Of a stretch of DNA of 64,000 bases, positions 46,741 to 62,247 are shown piece by piece. Position 1 is the first letter of the stretch, and the number at the start of each line of letters is the position of its first letter. Source of the DNA: Octopus vulgaris (Eukaryota); NCBI GenBank assembly GCA_951406725.2, contig OX597832.1:21638001-21702000 (forward strand), given 5' to 3'. The notes beneath the pieces were generated by a model. The model did no database searches. It saw only the letters and a list, made by a program, of their open reading frames with translations, and was not told the origin of the DNA. The translations under genes were made by a program, and so were the position numbers.

Positions 46741-48060
46741 GTGTATGAATGTGTATGTGTTACTGTCTACATAACGATGTATTTGGATGGCTGGTTAGAT
46801 AAATGCATGGAAGGCTGTCTATCACCAATTCATTCATTTAGTATAATATACTAATTAATCAACTATTTTCTTTCTCTCTTTCTTTCTTACTCTTTCACAT
46901 TCGCTCCTTTCCGCCATCTTCCTTCCCCCACTCCCCCTGTCCGTCATCTACTTCTTTCACAATAATCTATTGTGATGTAGCAATAATAGAAATCAATAAA
47001 TCAATGTAAATAACACTACAACCACCACCACCACCACCACCACCACCACCGCCGCCGCCGCCTACACCACCACGACCACCACCACCGACACCAAAGCGAT
47101 CACCACCAGCAGCACAAACACAATAAATACTAACACGACCATCCCTACCAACACCCACTTCCAGCATCCAACGACCGACACCTTCCGACACCACCCACAC
47201 CTCCACTGCTTTTTGCCACCACCCACCCCCACCCATAATCCCCACCACCACCAACATCGCCACCGCCACCGCCACCGCCACCATTACAACTACCACTCCA
47301 ATTCACACCACCACCTCAACCCACACACCACACCCCACTCTCACCTCCACTCTAATGTTTGTTCCCACCTACTCTTACCTCCCCCCCCCCCTCTAACCAA
47401 CATCTCGTTTCCCACCACCTTCCTCCTTCACCTCCTCATTCTCTTCCCTCCATCCCTCCCTTCTTCTTTCCTCCTCCTCCTCCTCTTCCAATTGTTCTAC
47501 CGCAAGGAAAAATAATTGAGAAATTAATCTTAATACCATTTTAAGTGGAAAGCCCTTCGCAGCATCAAAATGGAGCCAATGACCTGCTGACCTCCGAGAC
47601 AGATTTCAAAACTATTTCATTGAAAACCATTCAAACGGTGAACAGATTTCTAGAAACTTCCATCGGTTTCTTTACATTTCTGATGAAGCTTCCATTGTTA
47701 AATAATGATGGCTGTTTTGTCTTTTGTCTATATTTTTAGTATTGTTGGGTTGAGGTTACTGTTTTCTTTTTATTGTTTATTTCTTTGTGTATTTGTTTTT
47801 GTTTGTGTGTTTTGGATTGTTTTTTTTTTTCAATGTTTGAATAAACAAAAGAATTTCTTATATAGACACACATATACACACACATAGCTATTGATCCTCC
47901 GTTGATTTCGACGAAGAGCGTTTTGGTTGTTCGATCAGCGGATCTCCCCAGACGTATGTTTAACTTAACGTCCGAGTGGATCGATATTCCGCGCGGTCAC
48001 GTGAGCCCTTAACGTGAATCTCATTTTCTCCCATCGGTATTCTCAGCGTAAGAGAATTAA

Positions 48061-48474
48061 GGCGGCGAGCTGGTAGAATCGTTAGAACGCCGGACGAAAT
48101 GCTAAGCGGTATTTCGTCCGCCGCTACGTTCTGAGTTCAAATTCCGCCGAAGTCGACTTTGCCTTTCATCCTTTCTGGGTCGATAAATTAAGTACCAGTT
48201 ACGCACTGGGGTCGATGTAATCGACTTAATCCGTTTGTCTGTCCTTGTTTGTCCCCTCTGTGTTTAGCACCTGTGGGTAGTAAAGAAATAGGTATTTCGT
48301 CTGCCGTTACGTTCTGAGTTCAAATTCCGCCGAGGTCGACTTTGCCTTTCATCCTTTTGGGATCGATTAAATAAGTACCAGTCACGCACTGGGGTCGATA
48401 TAATCGACTTAATCCGTTTGTCTGTCCTTTTTTGTCCTCTCTGTGTTTAGCCCCTTATGGGTAGTAAAGAAATA
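48061..48474 (+). mobile_element. SINE B tandem dimer with outer TSD
   Basis: Second unit begins at ggtatttcgtc (48291); outer duplication ggtattctcagc(g/a)taaga at 48036 and 48475. Confidence 0.9.
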
Positions 48475-48685
48475 GGTATTCTCAGCATAAGACAGCATTC
48501 GGTATATTCTATCTGACGGGCTTCCACGCAGTTTCCGTCCATCCGATTTAATTCACGAAATTTGGTACACCCAAGGCTAAGACAAAATTAAAAAAAGAAC
48601 ACTTACCTCAGATTCGCATCTGTGATCTCGTGATTGTTAAAAGAACTTTTATTTACTTCACCGTGCATCCATAGAAACAAAACTG

Positions 48686-48760
<75 letters not shown>

Positions 48761-48777
48761 TGATGATGATGATGATG

Positions 48778-48833
<56 letters not shown>

Positions 48834-48858
48834 GATGATGATTATGATGATGATGATG

Positions 48859-48895
<37 letters not shown>

Positions 48896-48978
48896 TGATG
48901 ATGATGATGATAATGATGACGATGATGATAATAATAATGATGATGATAATAATAATGATGAGGATGATGAGGATGATG

Positions 48979-49039
<61 letters not shown>

Positions 49040-49070
49040 TAACAATAACTTAACTGATTGGAAGTGTTAT

Positions 49071-49560
49071 CATGTACATTGTTTTGTCTTGGTATAAAAG
49101 ATGGGCTACAGCAAATATTCTGTTCAATGCCACAGATTTGCTTGTCAGTTGGTTGACTTTAACCTGTTGAGCATGTCCCTTAGTGGCTGATGATATGTGC
49201 ATCTCTGATCACAAGCAGAAGTAGTGGGGGAGCATCATAACCATGTGTTGAGAGGGATTCTTTGGGGTTTGAATAATTCACCTCTGGAAACATGGGTGTT
49301 TCGTTCAACATCCTTCAACAACCCTTATTCTGGGACCTTTTGAGCGAGATGGGTTACTCGACCTGAAGAAAATTCTAACTGGGCTCCACCTGCAAGGTCA
49401 TGCGGTGTTTATCTTGATATGAGATCACCATGTCGTGCACATATGGTTGTGATGCATGTGCCTGGTGTACACTTATCAGACGGGTAGTCATGATGAGCAT
49501 ACTGGGCTTCATATATTTTACCCCAGCGTCAGTTTGATGGCATGCACTGCTCTCTCACTC
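49071..49560 (+). mobile_element. Family C (AAT-associated retroelement 3' end)
   Basis: Lies between (AAT)n tracts; matches 63427-63916 over its full length. Confidence 0.85.
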
Positions 49561-49579
49561 AATAATAATAATAATAATA

Positions 49580-49804
49580 ATTTATTTCTTTATTGCCCAC
49601 AGGGGGATAAACATAGAGGGGAAAAACAAGGACAGACAAGGGGATTAAGTCGATTATATCGTCCCCAGTGCGTAACTGGTACTTATTTAATCGACCCCGA
49701 AAGGATGAAAGGCAAAGTCGGAATTTGAACTGAAAACGTAACGGCAGACGAACTACCGCTATACATTTCGCCCGGCGTGCTAACGTTTCTGCCAGCTCGC
49801 CGCC
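49580..49804 (-). mobile_element. SINE family B
   Basis: Full head-to-tail match to family B. Confidence 0.85.
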
Positions 49805-49816
49805 TAACAATAATAA

Positions 49817-51180
49817 CGGAGAGTGATTGAGAAAGGATGGTGGTATAAGCACTTGGGAATACTGGAAGCGGACGAAATTTAAAAATGGAGAAATGAAGCA
49901 AACGATTAGTAGGGAGTACACAAAGAGAGTAAGAAGATTATTGCAGTCAAAGCTGAATCAAGACATTTTATTGATGCAATAAATTCAAAGGCCGTACTCT
50001 TAATCAGATATGGAGTTGGAATTATAGACTGGGCCAAAAACGATATAAAGAAAAACTAGAAAGTTGTTGACACTGTATGGAGCCCACAATCCAAAAGCTG
50101 ATATTAACGGCTGTACTTGAGGTGAGACTAAGGTGGAAGAGGCTTAATAGCAGTAGAAGAATGTGTACAGATGGAAACAAAAAGTCTAGCAGTGTATTTA
50201 CAGAGCAGCGCAGGAGAATCTAATAAAGAACAGGTGATGAAGCACCTAATAGGAGAAAAGAACAAGAATGAAATACAAAGAGAGCACGTCAGACAGATTG
50301 AAGAGAAGCCCCTGCATGGTCAATTTTGGAGAGTCACTGAAGACATATGTGGAACAAAATCCTGGGCTTGGTTAGAAAGGAGGTAGTTAAAAAAAGAAAC
50401 AGGGCGCCTAATTGTAGCAGCCCAAGATCAAGCGATAAAAACAAATCATTTGAGAAAAATATTTAGAGAGAGAATGTATCAGAAAAATGTAGAGCTTGTG
50501 GAACTTGGAACGAGACAGTGGCGCACATTGTGGAAGAATGCCACATGTTGGCACAGGAAGAATGTAAGAAATAGAGGCACGAACAGGTTGTAAAAGTTTT
50601 AAACTGGAAGCTGTACAAGAAATGGGGATTTGAAACTGGAAAAACATCGTACAATCACCGAGTCGAAAGAGTACTGGAGCCGGAGAAATGTAAGATTTTG
50701 TGGGACTACTAAGTGCAAAGACATGGTATGAGAAAACTCCAGAATGCAAAATCCTCTGGGATGCAATCATTTAGTGCGATCACATGACCAGACATCGGAA
50801 ACTGGACATTATTGTGGTGAAAAAGAAGAAAGAACATGCGTGATAATCGACATAAAGTGTCCCGGTTACAGCAGAAGCAAGAAAAAAATGATGACGATTT
50901 AAAGTGGGTATTACGAAATTAGTGAACAATGAAGAGAGTAGACATGATAGCAATAGTAATTGGTGCACTTGGAAGTATCCGCATTCAGCTACCAGCATGG
51001 CTGGAAAAGATTGGTGCAAGTGTGAAGGTAGAAAACCTACAAGAATCATCATTGTTTGGAACTGCAAGAATTCTTCGCAAGGTTCTTGAAGCTTGACCAG
51101 TAAATCAAGTATCACCTTAGTCTGTGGGCCGCTGGCACTTTCCATCATACCCAGCAAAATGAGCTGTGCGTTTTCATCAC

Positions 51181-51181
<1 letters not shown>
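49817..51181 (+). mobile_element. 5'-truncated R4/Dong LINE (RT C-terminus, CCHC knuckle, restriction-like endonuclease, UTR)
   Basis: EYTKRVRRLLQSKLN, GGRGLIAVEE, KPLHGQFW, IVAAQDQAIKTN, CRACGTWNETVAHIVEEC, KILWD, KLDIIVV..IID, VIGALG; ends in (AAT)n; many frameshifts and stops. Confidence 0.9.
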
Positions 51182-51242
<61 letters not shown>

Positions 51243-51264
51243 CATCATCATCATCATCATCATA

Positions 51265-51590
51265 ACCGTTGAAGACCCCCCACCCATGGAAGAAGCTGAA
51301 ACTTTTGGTAAAATATTTGGACTGATGAGATGTACAATGAAACTGTAGATTGGATTTGATTGGATTAGAAGGATCCTACCAAACTTTACAAGAACAAACA
51401 TGAGAAGACATCACAGTAGCAACTTAAGGATGACACGAAGTCTCATAAATGGAAATCCCCCGGTAAAGACAGAGTGCAGAATTTCTGGCTCTCATCGCTC
51501 CCGTGCACACACGAACAATTAGTTCGGGTGTTCAATGAAATTAAAAGAGATCCTGAGAAAACCACTGACTGATTACCTACTCTCAAAGAG
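51265..51590 (+). mobile_element. R4/Dong RT N-terminal fragment
   Basis: HKWKSPGKDRVQNFWL (WK.PG.D motif), directly after the (AAT)n/(ATC)n tract. Confidence 0.7.
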
Positions 51591-51859
51591 AGAGGATGAG
51601 GTGGTAAAAAAAAATAGAGCAAAATGAAAAGAATTTAAAGAGAGTAATAGGCTGTCTATGATTGTCTTAGGATCTCTCTTAATTTCATTGAATACCAAAG
51701 AATAACGAAACCAAAGTTTCAAAAAACTATCTGCCCATAGCTTGTTTATCCACCTCTTATAAAATGCTAACATCTGTCCACGTGGAGAAAACATATACAT
51801 TTTTATTCTTTATTTTTGTAGCCTCTCCACAATCCTTCCGTGGTTCCTCTCCTCCGGCT

Positions 51860-52500
51860 AATGCGATCCCATCACAATTGTCAATGGCCCATCTGGTGTA
51901 TGATGGAATTTGACACTGCTGCCCTCAACTGTGCTTCCTGTCGAGCCATTGGTTCGTCTGGTATTGTGGATGGGAGAGCGTCCAGTTTCTTTTTGAAGAC
52001 TTCCACATCCATATCGTGTAAGTTTCTCAATTGTTTTGGCAGATCCTTGAAGAGCTGTGGTCCTCTGAACCCTAGGCTATTGCAGTATCTGATTCTTATA
52101 TTAATGCATTGGACGGTACCTTAGGTGCTATGCAGTGGCGTCCAGTACAAGCATTCACATAACACTTGATCCCAAAATTGGGTAGTAGTCCTTCCAGTAT
52201 TTTCCACATGTAAATTATTACATATCTCTCACGTCTGCGCTCTGGGGAGTAGAGTCGTAGTTCTTTCAGCCTCTTCCTGTAATTCATCTGCTGGAATGTA
52301 GCAATCTGTTTAGTGTAGTGACGCTGGATTGCTTCAAGCTCCGTTGTTAGCTTGACACTGTGCGGTGACCTCAGCTGAGAGCAGTAATCTAGGCGGCTGA
52401 GGACAAAGGCCGTTCATAGAATCAACATGACTCCCTGATCTCTTTTCTGAATGTCCTTTGTATCCATTCCGCCAGTTGTCTACACTTTGTTGCGAACTTG
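51860..52500 (-). mobile_element. CR1/L2-group LINE 3' fragment
   Basis: LDYCSQL, ELEAIQR, YRKRLKELRLYSPERRRERYVIIYMWKILEG and GPQLFKDLP..FKKKLD. Confidence 0.85.
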
Positions 52501-52522
52501 ATAATGTGCATGTGAATTGATG

Positions 52523-52576
<54 letters not shown>

Positions 52577-52596
52577 TTATATATATATATATATGA

Positions 52597-53155
<559 letters not shown>

Positions 53156-53431
53156 CATATATATATATATACATATACCGCAGGCTGCTCTTCAGATTAT
53201 ATGAAGTTTACTTTGCCGGTGGGAGACCCCTGTTAACACACGTAGGGTGCGATAAAAATATATATCAAATATATCTGTAGATGTAGGCGTGGTCAGATGT
53301 TTGCTTTTTAACCACAAGGTTCCGGGTTCAGTCCCGCTTTGCGTAACACCTTCAATAAGTATTTTCTACTACAGCCCTTGACCTACAGTAGCCTTGTGAG
53401 TGAGTTTGATAGGCGGACACTGAAACGAGCC

Positions 53432-53472
<41 letters not shown>

Positions 53473-53801
53473 GCGCGGCGAGTGCATCTATGTGTGTATA
53501 CTTGAGTGTGTATATATCTGAGTGTGTGTGTGTGTATGTGTGTCTTGGTGGTTGTATTTGTCCCTCCACTACCGCTTCACAACAGGTGTTAGCATGTTTA
53601 CGTCCCCGTAACTTACCAGTTCGGCAAAAAGAGATCTCTAGAGTAAGTACCAGGTAATTAAAAATATAAAATAAATACTGAGGTTGATTCGGTCGACTCA
53701 GACGCTTCGAAGCAGTGCCCCAGCATGGCCGCGGTCAAATGACTGAAAGAAGTATACTATAAAAGATATATACATCTGTGAACATGTGTTCACATATAAA
53801 A

Positions 53802-53833
<32 letters not shown>

Positions 53834-53998
53834 ACATATATATACATATATATACATATGTATATATATATATGCATATATATATATATGTATATATGTA
53901 TATATACATGCATATATACATATGCATATATATACATATATACAACATATATGTGTATGTATAAATATATTTACATATATACATATATACATATATAC

Positions 53999-54037
<39 letters not shown>

Positions 54038-54758
54038 CATGTACGTATATACATGTGTATATATACTTATATATATATGCATGTAAATGCATATACATAT
54101 GTATATATATATATATACTGTGTAGCTAACTAACCGTCTTATTAGCTGTATGACTTACCCCCACTGCACCCCACCCTTGTTTATACCCCACCCACCACCC
54201 ACTTGCTCTAATTCCCCCCTTTCCTCCGTTTACAGTTTGAAGCTGGTTATAATTTTATCTTGTATAATTCTTTTACTGTATCCCTCTCTCCTCCTCCTCC
54301 TCGTCCTCCTCCTCCGGCTCCTCCTTCGCTTTTTCTCTCTCACTCAGTCTCTCTCTCTCTCCCCTCACTCCACCACCACCACCTTTTGTTAATTTATTTG
54401 TTTGCTTGCGTCTTCTTGATTTACTCTCAGACAATGCGCTCTTTATATTCGCCACATTAGCAGCGGAATGGACTAGTAAAGCAGGCAGATTTATCAGTGC
54501 CAATGTTTGGTAAAATCTTTTGTGTTACTATGAAAGGGAATTTCTTCAACATTGTTGAAGAAATTTCTCATTGATAAAAGATCGGGAAATAATTGGAATT
54601 TAAACATGACCAAGTCCCCGATTCTTTTTACACGAAACTGTCTCTTTCTTTCTTCCTTTCTTCCTTTCCTTCTTTCTTTATTCCTTCCCTTCTTTCTTTC
54701 TTTCTTTCTTTTATTCTTTTACTCCTTTCTTTGTATCTCTCTCTGTCTTCGTCTTCTC

Positions 54759-54790
<32 letters not shown>

Positions 54791-55551
54791 ATTATCTCTT
54801 TATTTCTTTCTGTCTCTATCTTTTATTTTCTATTGTCAATCTCTCTCTTTATCAAACACACACGCACTCTCTCCATCTCTTTCTCTCCATCTCTCTCTCT
54901 CTCTCTCTCTTTCTCTCCATGTGTCTATATCTATGTCTTTATATATCTCTCTTTCTCTTAATTTCTTTCTATCTAGTACACACACACACACACACGCACA
55001 CGCCCACAAACACACACATACAAGCACACACTCATAGACTCTATCCCTCTCTATTTATCTATCTATCTATCTAACTCTATCCATCTCTCTATACCTATTT
55101 CTTCATATATATATCTCTTTCCTTCTCAGTCTCTCAATTTAGCTCACACACACACACACATATCTACACTCACACTTGCACACACACGCCTACACACATG
55201 CGCACCCACAGACACATTCTCGATACCTGTGTGCGTGTGCGTGCATCCGTGCGTGCGTGGGTGTTAGTAATCTATTATTTGCTGAGATTGCTGACAGAGT
55301 AACACAAAGTTCTAATGTTCGGTAAGTGCTTTGACACGAAACTGTTGGCCGTTGAGTCACCCGTGTAACAATCACAGCCAACAAAAGGTTTTATATGTTT
55401 ATGTTCTGTCCCCGCGCATTGAGTTCTCTTTCTTGAATGTCTTTCTTGCGTTTATAAAACTATTGCTAACTATATTTATACCAACATACAAACATACATA
55501 AATACAAATATACACACATACATATATATACATGCATATATATATACATAC

Positions 55552-55604
<53 letters not shown>

Positions 55605-55669
55605 CAACTTACACATGCGCACTCATAGACACATTCTTCATATGTGTTAGCTGTTTGAAAGACATACGA

Positions 55670-55734
<65 letters not shown>

Positions 55735-55812
55735 TGTATGTATGTATGTATGTATGTATGTATGTATGTATGTATGTATGTATGTATGTATCTATATATA
55801 TATATAGATAGG

Positions 55813-55846
<34 letters not shown>

Positions 55847-55980
55847 CACATATAAATATACATACGTATATATATGTGTGTGTATAAATATATATATATA
55901 TATGTGTGTGTGTGTGCCTATGTATATATATAAATATATATATAATGTATATATATATACATATATATGCACACACACAT

Positions 55981-56059
<79 letters not shown>

Positions 56060-56160
56060 CGTACGTTGTTAGCACGTTATTAACGCCAGAAGAAATGAAG
56101 AAGGAGTGCTCAATACACCTTGTAGAAGATACAGCTTCTTTCTGAAAGCTTGTTTCACGA

Positions 56161-56191
56161 GCCGAGTTTCACGCCACTGCGATCATCAGGC
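56161..56191 (-). ncRNA. Hammerhead-like motif (weak stems)
   Basis: Minus strand gc-CTGATGA-tCGC agtg GCGt-GAAAC-tcggc. Confidence 0.4.
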
Positions 56192-56695
56192 AAAACTGTT
56201 TCGCCTACGACTTGTCAAAACGTTGTGATATCAAATATATCATTGTTGCTAAATTGATCATCATATTATTTTCATCCACCGGGTAAATATATCGCTTAGC
56301 ATTATGTAAAATGATTATTACCAGAGAAAATGCATCATGTGACATTATATAAGCAATTAGATGTGAATTCAAAGCTATAAAATCCCAGTTTACAATCTGG
56401 CGATTGTCTTAGGAATCTTGAAAAATGATTGAATACTGAAGTAGACTTATAGTCGAACAGGATTTCGTCGGTGCCAAAACTTCATGTCGTGAAAGGAAAT
56501 GCCAAGATACTCTTTTGCTTGTTTCATTTATTGGACTTCTGTCATGCTGGAGCCGGCATTGAGGGATCTGGCCGAACAAATCGGCGCCCCTCACCCGGGG
56601 ACTTGTTTTTTTTTTTATGTCTGGTATTTATTCTTTTGCCGAACTGCTAAATTACGGGAACATAACCAAACCGACAAACAAAAATTCAAAGACAT

Positions 56696-56727
<32 letters not shown>

Positions 56728-56776
56728 GTGTGCGTGTGTGTGTGTGTATACATAGAGAGAGAGATACATATATATG

Positions 56777-56831
<55 letters not shown>

Positions 56832-56836
56832 CTACA

Positions 56837-56901
<65 letters not shown>

Positions 56902-56986
56902 AAATTAATTAAGGGTAGAAATTGATATTTATCAATTAAGACCATTGGTCTAGCATATTAAAAAAGAATCCGAAGATTAAAATATT

Positions 56987-57148
56987 TATATATACCAATT
57001 AAGGACTGAACACGAAAAGTGGACAGTCAACATGCTAGATATAGACGTCAAATCGCCATTCACCACAAAAGATCTTTTGTGGTGAATGGCGATTTGACGT
57101 CTATATCTAGCATGTTGACTGTCCACTTTTCGTGTTCAGTCCTTAATT

Positions 57149-57158
<10 letters not shown>
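56987..57158. repeat. Perfect 172-bp palindrome without spacer
   Basis: Arms checked base by base around the centre aaaaga|tctttt (57072/57073). Confidence 0.95.
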
Positions 57159-57193
<35 letters not shown>

Positions 57194-57525
57194 TATATTA
57201 AAAAAAAAAGTATATATATATATACACGCACACGCAGATATTTGTAAAAGTGAATAGAAATGGCTTTTCTAATCATTTTTCCACTTTAATAATTAAATGT
57301 TCATAAATTAACTTATAAACATCTAATTACACTGAATTACAGAGAAATTGAGGCAAACATAGAAACAGTTGTTCTAGCCTGATTTTGAGGGGTGGGGCTG
57401 ATTTTTTTTGATACAAAACCAGTTTTCACTCAGCACCTCTAGTTTTTAAGATATATATTATTATGATTATATACAATTCATATATATATATATGATTAGT
57501 TTTTATTTAGTTTTCAGGTTATATG

Positions 57526-57775
<250 letters not shown>

Positions 57776-57809
57776 CATACATGCATACATACATACATAT
57801 GCATGTCTG

Positions 57810-57893
<84 letters not shown>

Positions 57894-58437
57894 TGTGCGT
57901 GTGTATGTGCGTATTTGTGTTCGTTCCTCGACACTCATTGACTACCAGTGTTGGTTTGTCCGCGCTTCAGCAAAAATCTATCGATAGAGTAAATATCAGG
58001 CTTAGAACAATATAATAACCAGGGTGAATTTGTTCAATGAAACCCATTGAGGTGGTGCTGCAGACTGGCCGCAGCCCAATGAATGAAATCAGTAACAGTT
58101 GGAAAAGTGCTCAGGAGTAGATAATAATATTTGTATTTGTAATCTTGCTATTGCTGAGTTCTGATAAAGTTGAAGGCACTATCAACCCTAACAGCGGATA
58201 AATGCTAAGAATATTGCTCGGCGCAGTAACGATTCTACCTTAAACAAATACAGCTCCCGGGCTGGTAATTTTTTATTGACACCGAAAGGATAAAACACAG
58301 GGTTAACACCCACAGCATTTGAACTCAAAGTGTGATTGATCGTAACAAATACTGCGTAAAATTCTATAAAGCGTTGTAACAACTCTGCTACTTTGCCACC
58401 TCAGTTACTGGGTCTGCAATTTAAGTTACATAATTAA

Positions 58438-59033
58438 GGCGGCGAGCTGGCAGAAACTTAGCACGCCGGGCGAAATGCTTAGCGGTACATCGTCTGTCAT
58501 TAAGTTCTGTGTTCAAATTCCACCGAGGTCAACTTTTCCTTTCGTCCTTTCGGGGTCGATAAATTAAGTACCAGTTGCGTACTGGGATCGATCTAATCGA
58601 CTAGCTGCCTTCCCAAATAATTTCGGGCTTTGAGGGCAATAAAGAAATAAGAAACGTTAGCCCGCCGGGCGAGATGCTTAGCGGTATTTCGTCTGTCTAC
58701 GTTCTGAGTTCAAATTCCGCCGAGGTCGACTTTGCCTTTCATCCTTCGGGGTCGATTAAATAAGTACCAGTTACGCACTGAGGTCGATATAATCGACTTA
58801 ATCCGTTTGTCTGTCCTTGTTTGTCCCCTCCGTGTTTAGCCCCTTGTGGGTAGTAAAGAAATAGATATTTCGTCTGTCTTTACGTTCTGAGTTCAAACTC
58901 TAGCCGAGGTCGACTTTACCTTTCATCCTTTCAGAGTCGATAAATTAAATACCAGTTTATGTACTGGAGTCGTTTTAATCGACTGGTCCCCTCTCCAAAA
59001 ATTTCGGGCCTTGTACCTAAATTAAAAAAGAAT
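58438..59033 (+). mobile_element. SINE B trimer array with outer TSD
   Basis: Three family B units with mixed tails; taagttacataattaag at 58422 and 59035. Confidence 0.85.
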
Positions 59034-59379
59034 ATAAGTTACATAATTAAGTTGAGTTACGTATTTTCGTTAATTAAATGACATGATTCATTCGCGATAC
59101 GTAATTCACACATTTAAGTTATATATAAATGTTATGATGCATAGTTTAAAATGAACGATTTAATATTAATATTTAATTTGCATATTATAGTTAGATGACA
59201 TAATTTACATATTTAAATTGAAGTTATGCAATTCATTATCATTACAATTGCGGTATTAAGACGAGATACGTAATTTGCATAATTGTGTTACGCAATTAAG
59301 TTGCGTTACGTAATATAAATATAATTATTTTGCTATTCAGATTTGAGTGCTGTGTTTTTCGCGAAATTAATAGCATTAT

Positions 59380-59922
59380 CGTCTACGTCATTGTCTTCAT
59401 CGCCGTCATCATCTTCGTTGTCATCAGTTTCATATTATCATCATCGTCATCATCACCGTCATCACTATCATCAGTATTATGGACGCTTTCGACGTTGTCG
59501 TTGCCATCCTCATCATCATCATTATCATCATCGTTATCATCGTCGTTTTCATCGTTATCATCTTCATCAGCATCATCGTCATCAGCGTCGTCATCATCGT
59601 TCTCATCGTTATAATCATCATCAGCATCGACGTCGTAATCGTCATCGTTGTTATCATCGTCATCGTAGTCGTCGTCGTCATCATCATCATTGTCATTGTC
59701 GTCATCATCAACGTTGTCGTCGTCGTCATCATAATCATCACCACCACCACCATTATCATCATCATCATCATCACCACCACCATCATCACTACGACAACTA
59801 TCATCACAATCATCACCACCACCACTACCACCACCATCATCATCACCACCACCATCATCATCATCACCACCACCACCACCACCATCATCACCACCACTAC
59901 CACCACCACCATCATCATCATC

Positions 59923-59956
<34 letters not shown>

Positions 59957-60418
59957 ACACCATCATCAACACCATCATCACCACCACCACCACCACCACC
60001 ATCATCATCATCACCACCACCACCACCATCATCATCATTACCACCACCACCATCATCACCACCACCACCACCATCAACACCACTACAACCATCATCATCA
60101 TCATCATCACCGTTCTGATTTGCTTTCGTTATCATTAGAACTCTGTTCGTGTCTGCTGGATTTATTTTCCAGTTAAATGAAAACCGCTGCCCTTTCCTCT
60201 TCTTTGGTCCTTTAAAACCATCGAGTCAGCCATCACCATCACCTCCACCGTCGCCGCTACCACCACAACCATAAAAAACAAACCCACCTCTGCCAGCAAT
60301 ACCACCACCATCATCACTACCACCTTAACGATCAACACCACTATCAACACTACAACCACCACCACCATCACCATCACTCCCACCACAACCGTAGCCACTC
60401 CTAATGCCGTTATTATTA

Positions 60419-60480
<62 letters not shown>

Positions 60481-60495
60481 CATTATTATTATTAT
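59380..60495. repeat. (CAT)/(CAC)/(ATT) trinucleotide mosaic
   Basis: Directly visible; source of the poly-H/D ORFs. Confidence 0.9.
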
Positions 60496-60583
60496 ACACA
60501 ATACAAAAGAATGGAGATTGTAAAAGTTATCATGTCTGTATCGTTATAACAAGACTCCTGTTCTTATACAAGTCTACAATACA

Positions 60584-60667
<84 letters not shown>

Positions 60668-60759
60668 CATATATATATGCATACATATATATATATATAA
60701 AGAATACAAAGTAATTTCTTAATTATAATTATTCAATCTGTGCGTGTATGTGTATGGCA

Positions 60760-60799
<40 letters not shown>

Positions 60800-60826
60800 A
60801 TGTATATACATATACATATATATATG

Positions 60827-60858
<32 letters not shown>

Positions 60859-61008
60859 CATATATATATACATACATATATATATATGCATATATACGTA
60901 TGCATAAACACACACGCGCATTTGTACAAACACATGTATCAATATATGCATACATATCAATATATATATGTATATATATATATATGTATATATATATATG
61001 TATACATG

Positions 61009-61059
<51 letters not shown>

Positions 61060-61251
61060 GTATATGCGTGTGTGGATGTGGGTGTACGACTAAATATATT
61101 TGACAACTGATAGATCGACAGATAGATACCATACATGTATATGTACTTATAAAAGAGTGTGTGTGTGTGTGTGTGTCTGTGTGCATGTGTGTGTGTAAGA
61201 ATTAATGAAAAAAAGAACAAAAGAGAGAGTAAACAGGGACAGACGGAGACA

Positions 61252-61299
<48 letters not shown>

Positions 61300-61883
61300 C
61301 AGTATTGGAGAGAGTGTAAATGTAAGATTTTACAGAACGAGATTATGAACGAGAAGAAAACGAGAACTAGATACATTGAAGAAGAGACTTGGAGAAACAA
61401 AGACAATGATAAAAAAAAAAAAAAAAGAATTAAAAAATCGAAAAAACAATATACACACACACACACACACATACACATACACACACACACACACGAACAC
61501 ACTCAGAACTACATTGAAATATATAGCAACATATATAGAAACAATTACTTGTGGAAAACCTTAAATTCTATACAAAAGTATATTTATCTTTTTGAGCAGA
61601 AAAATAATGCCGAAGACAACAAAGAAATCGTATGATTATTACCAATAGAAATGCCAGCTTTAATATATAAGAATTTCCATTCAAGTGTTGACACAATTTG
61701 CGTACAGATTCGAATACAATGAGTTACCAGATATTTCATACAATCACTCGCCAAATCTAAGACAATGGGTAGAGTAAATAGTTACAAAAGAATGTAAAAT
61801 GATTTAGAATAAGAAAGAATATTGTGTGTGTGTGTGTGGCTGTGTGCGTGGGGGTATGTATGGGTATGTACATACATTAATAC

Positions 61884-61927
<44 letters not shown>

Positions 61928-61971
61928 ATTATATTATATGCATGCATTGCTATATTGATATATATGTGTAA

Positions 61972-62021
<50 letters not shown>

Positions 62022-62171
62022 AATGTATATGTATGTATATGTATATTTACGTACTTGTATGCCCCTATGTATGTATACGATGGGTGTATATATGTGTTGT
62101 GTAGTTGTAATATATACTTATTTATTACATACAAATATGTACACATATGTATTTAGATATATTTTACATAC

Positions 62172-62247
<76 letters not shown>

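Noticed and set aside
59343-60176. 277-aa His-rich ORF resembling a structural or metal-binding protein
   Set aside because: (CAT/CAC)n mosaic open in multiple frames; no signal peptide or splice context.
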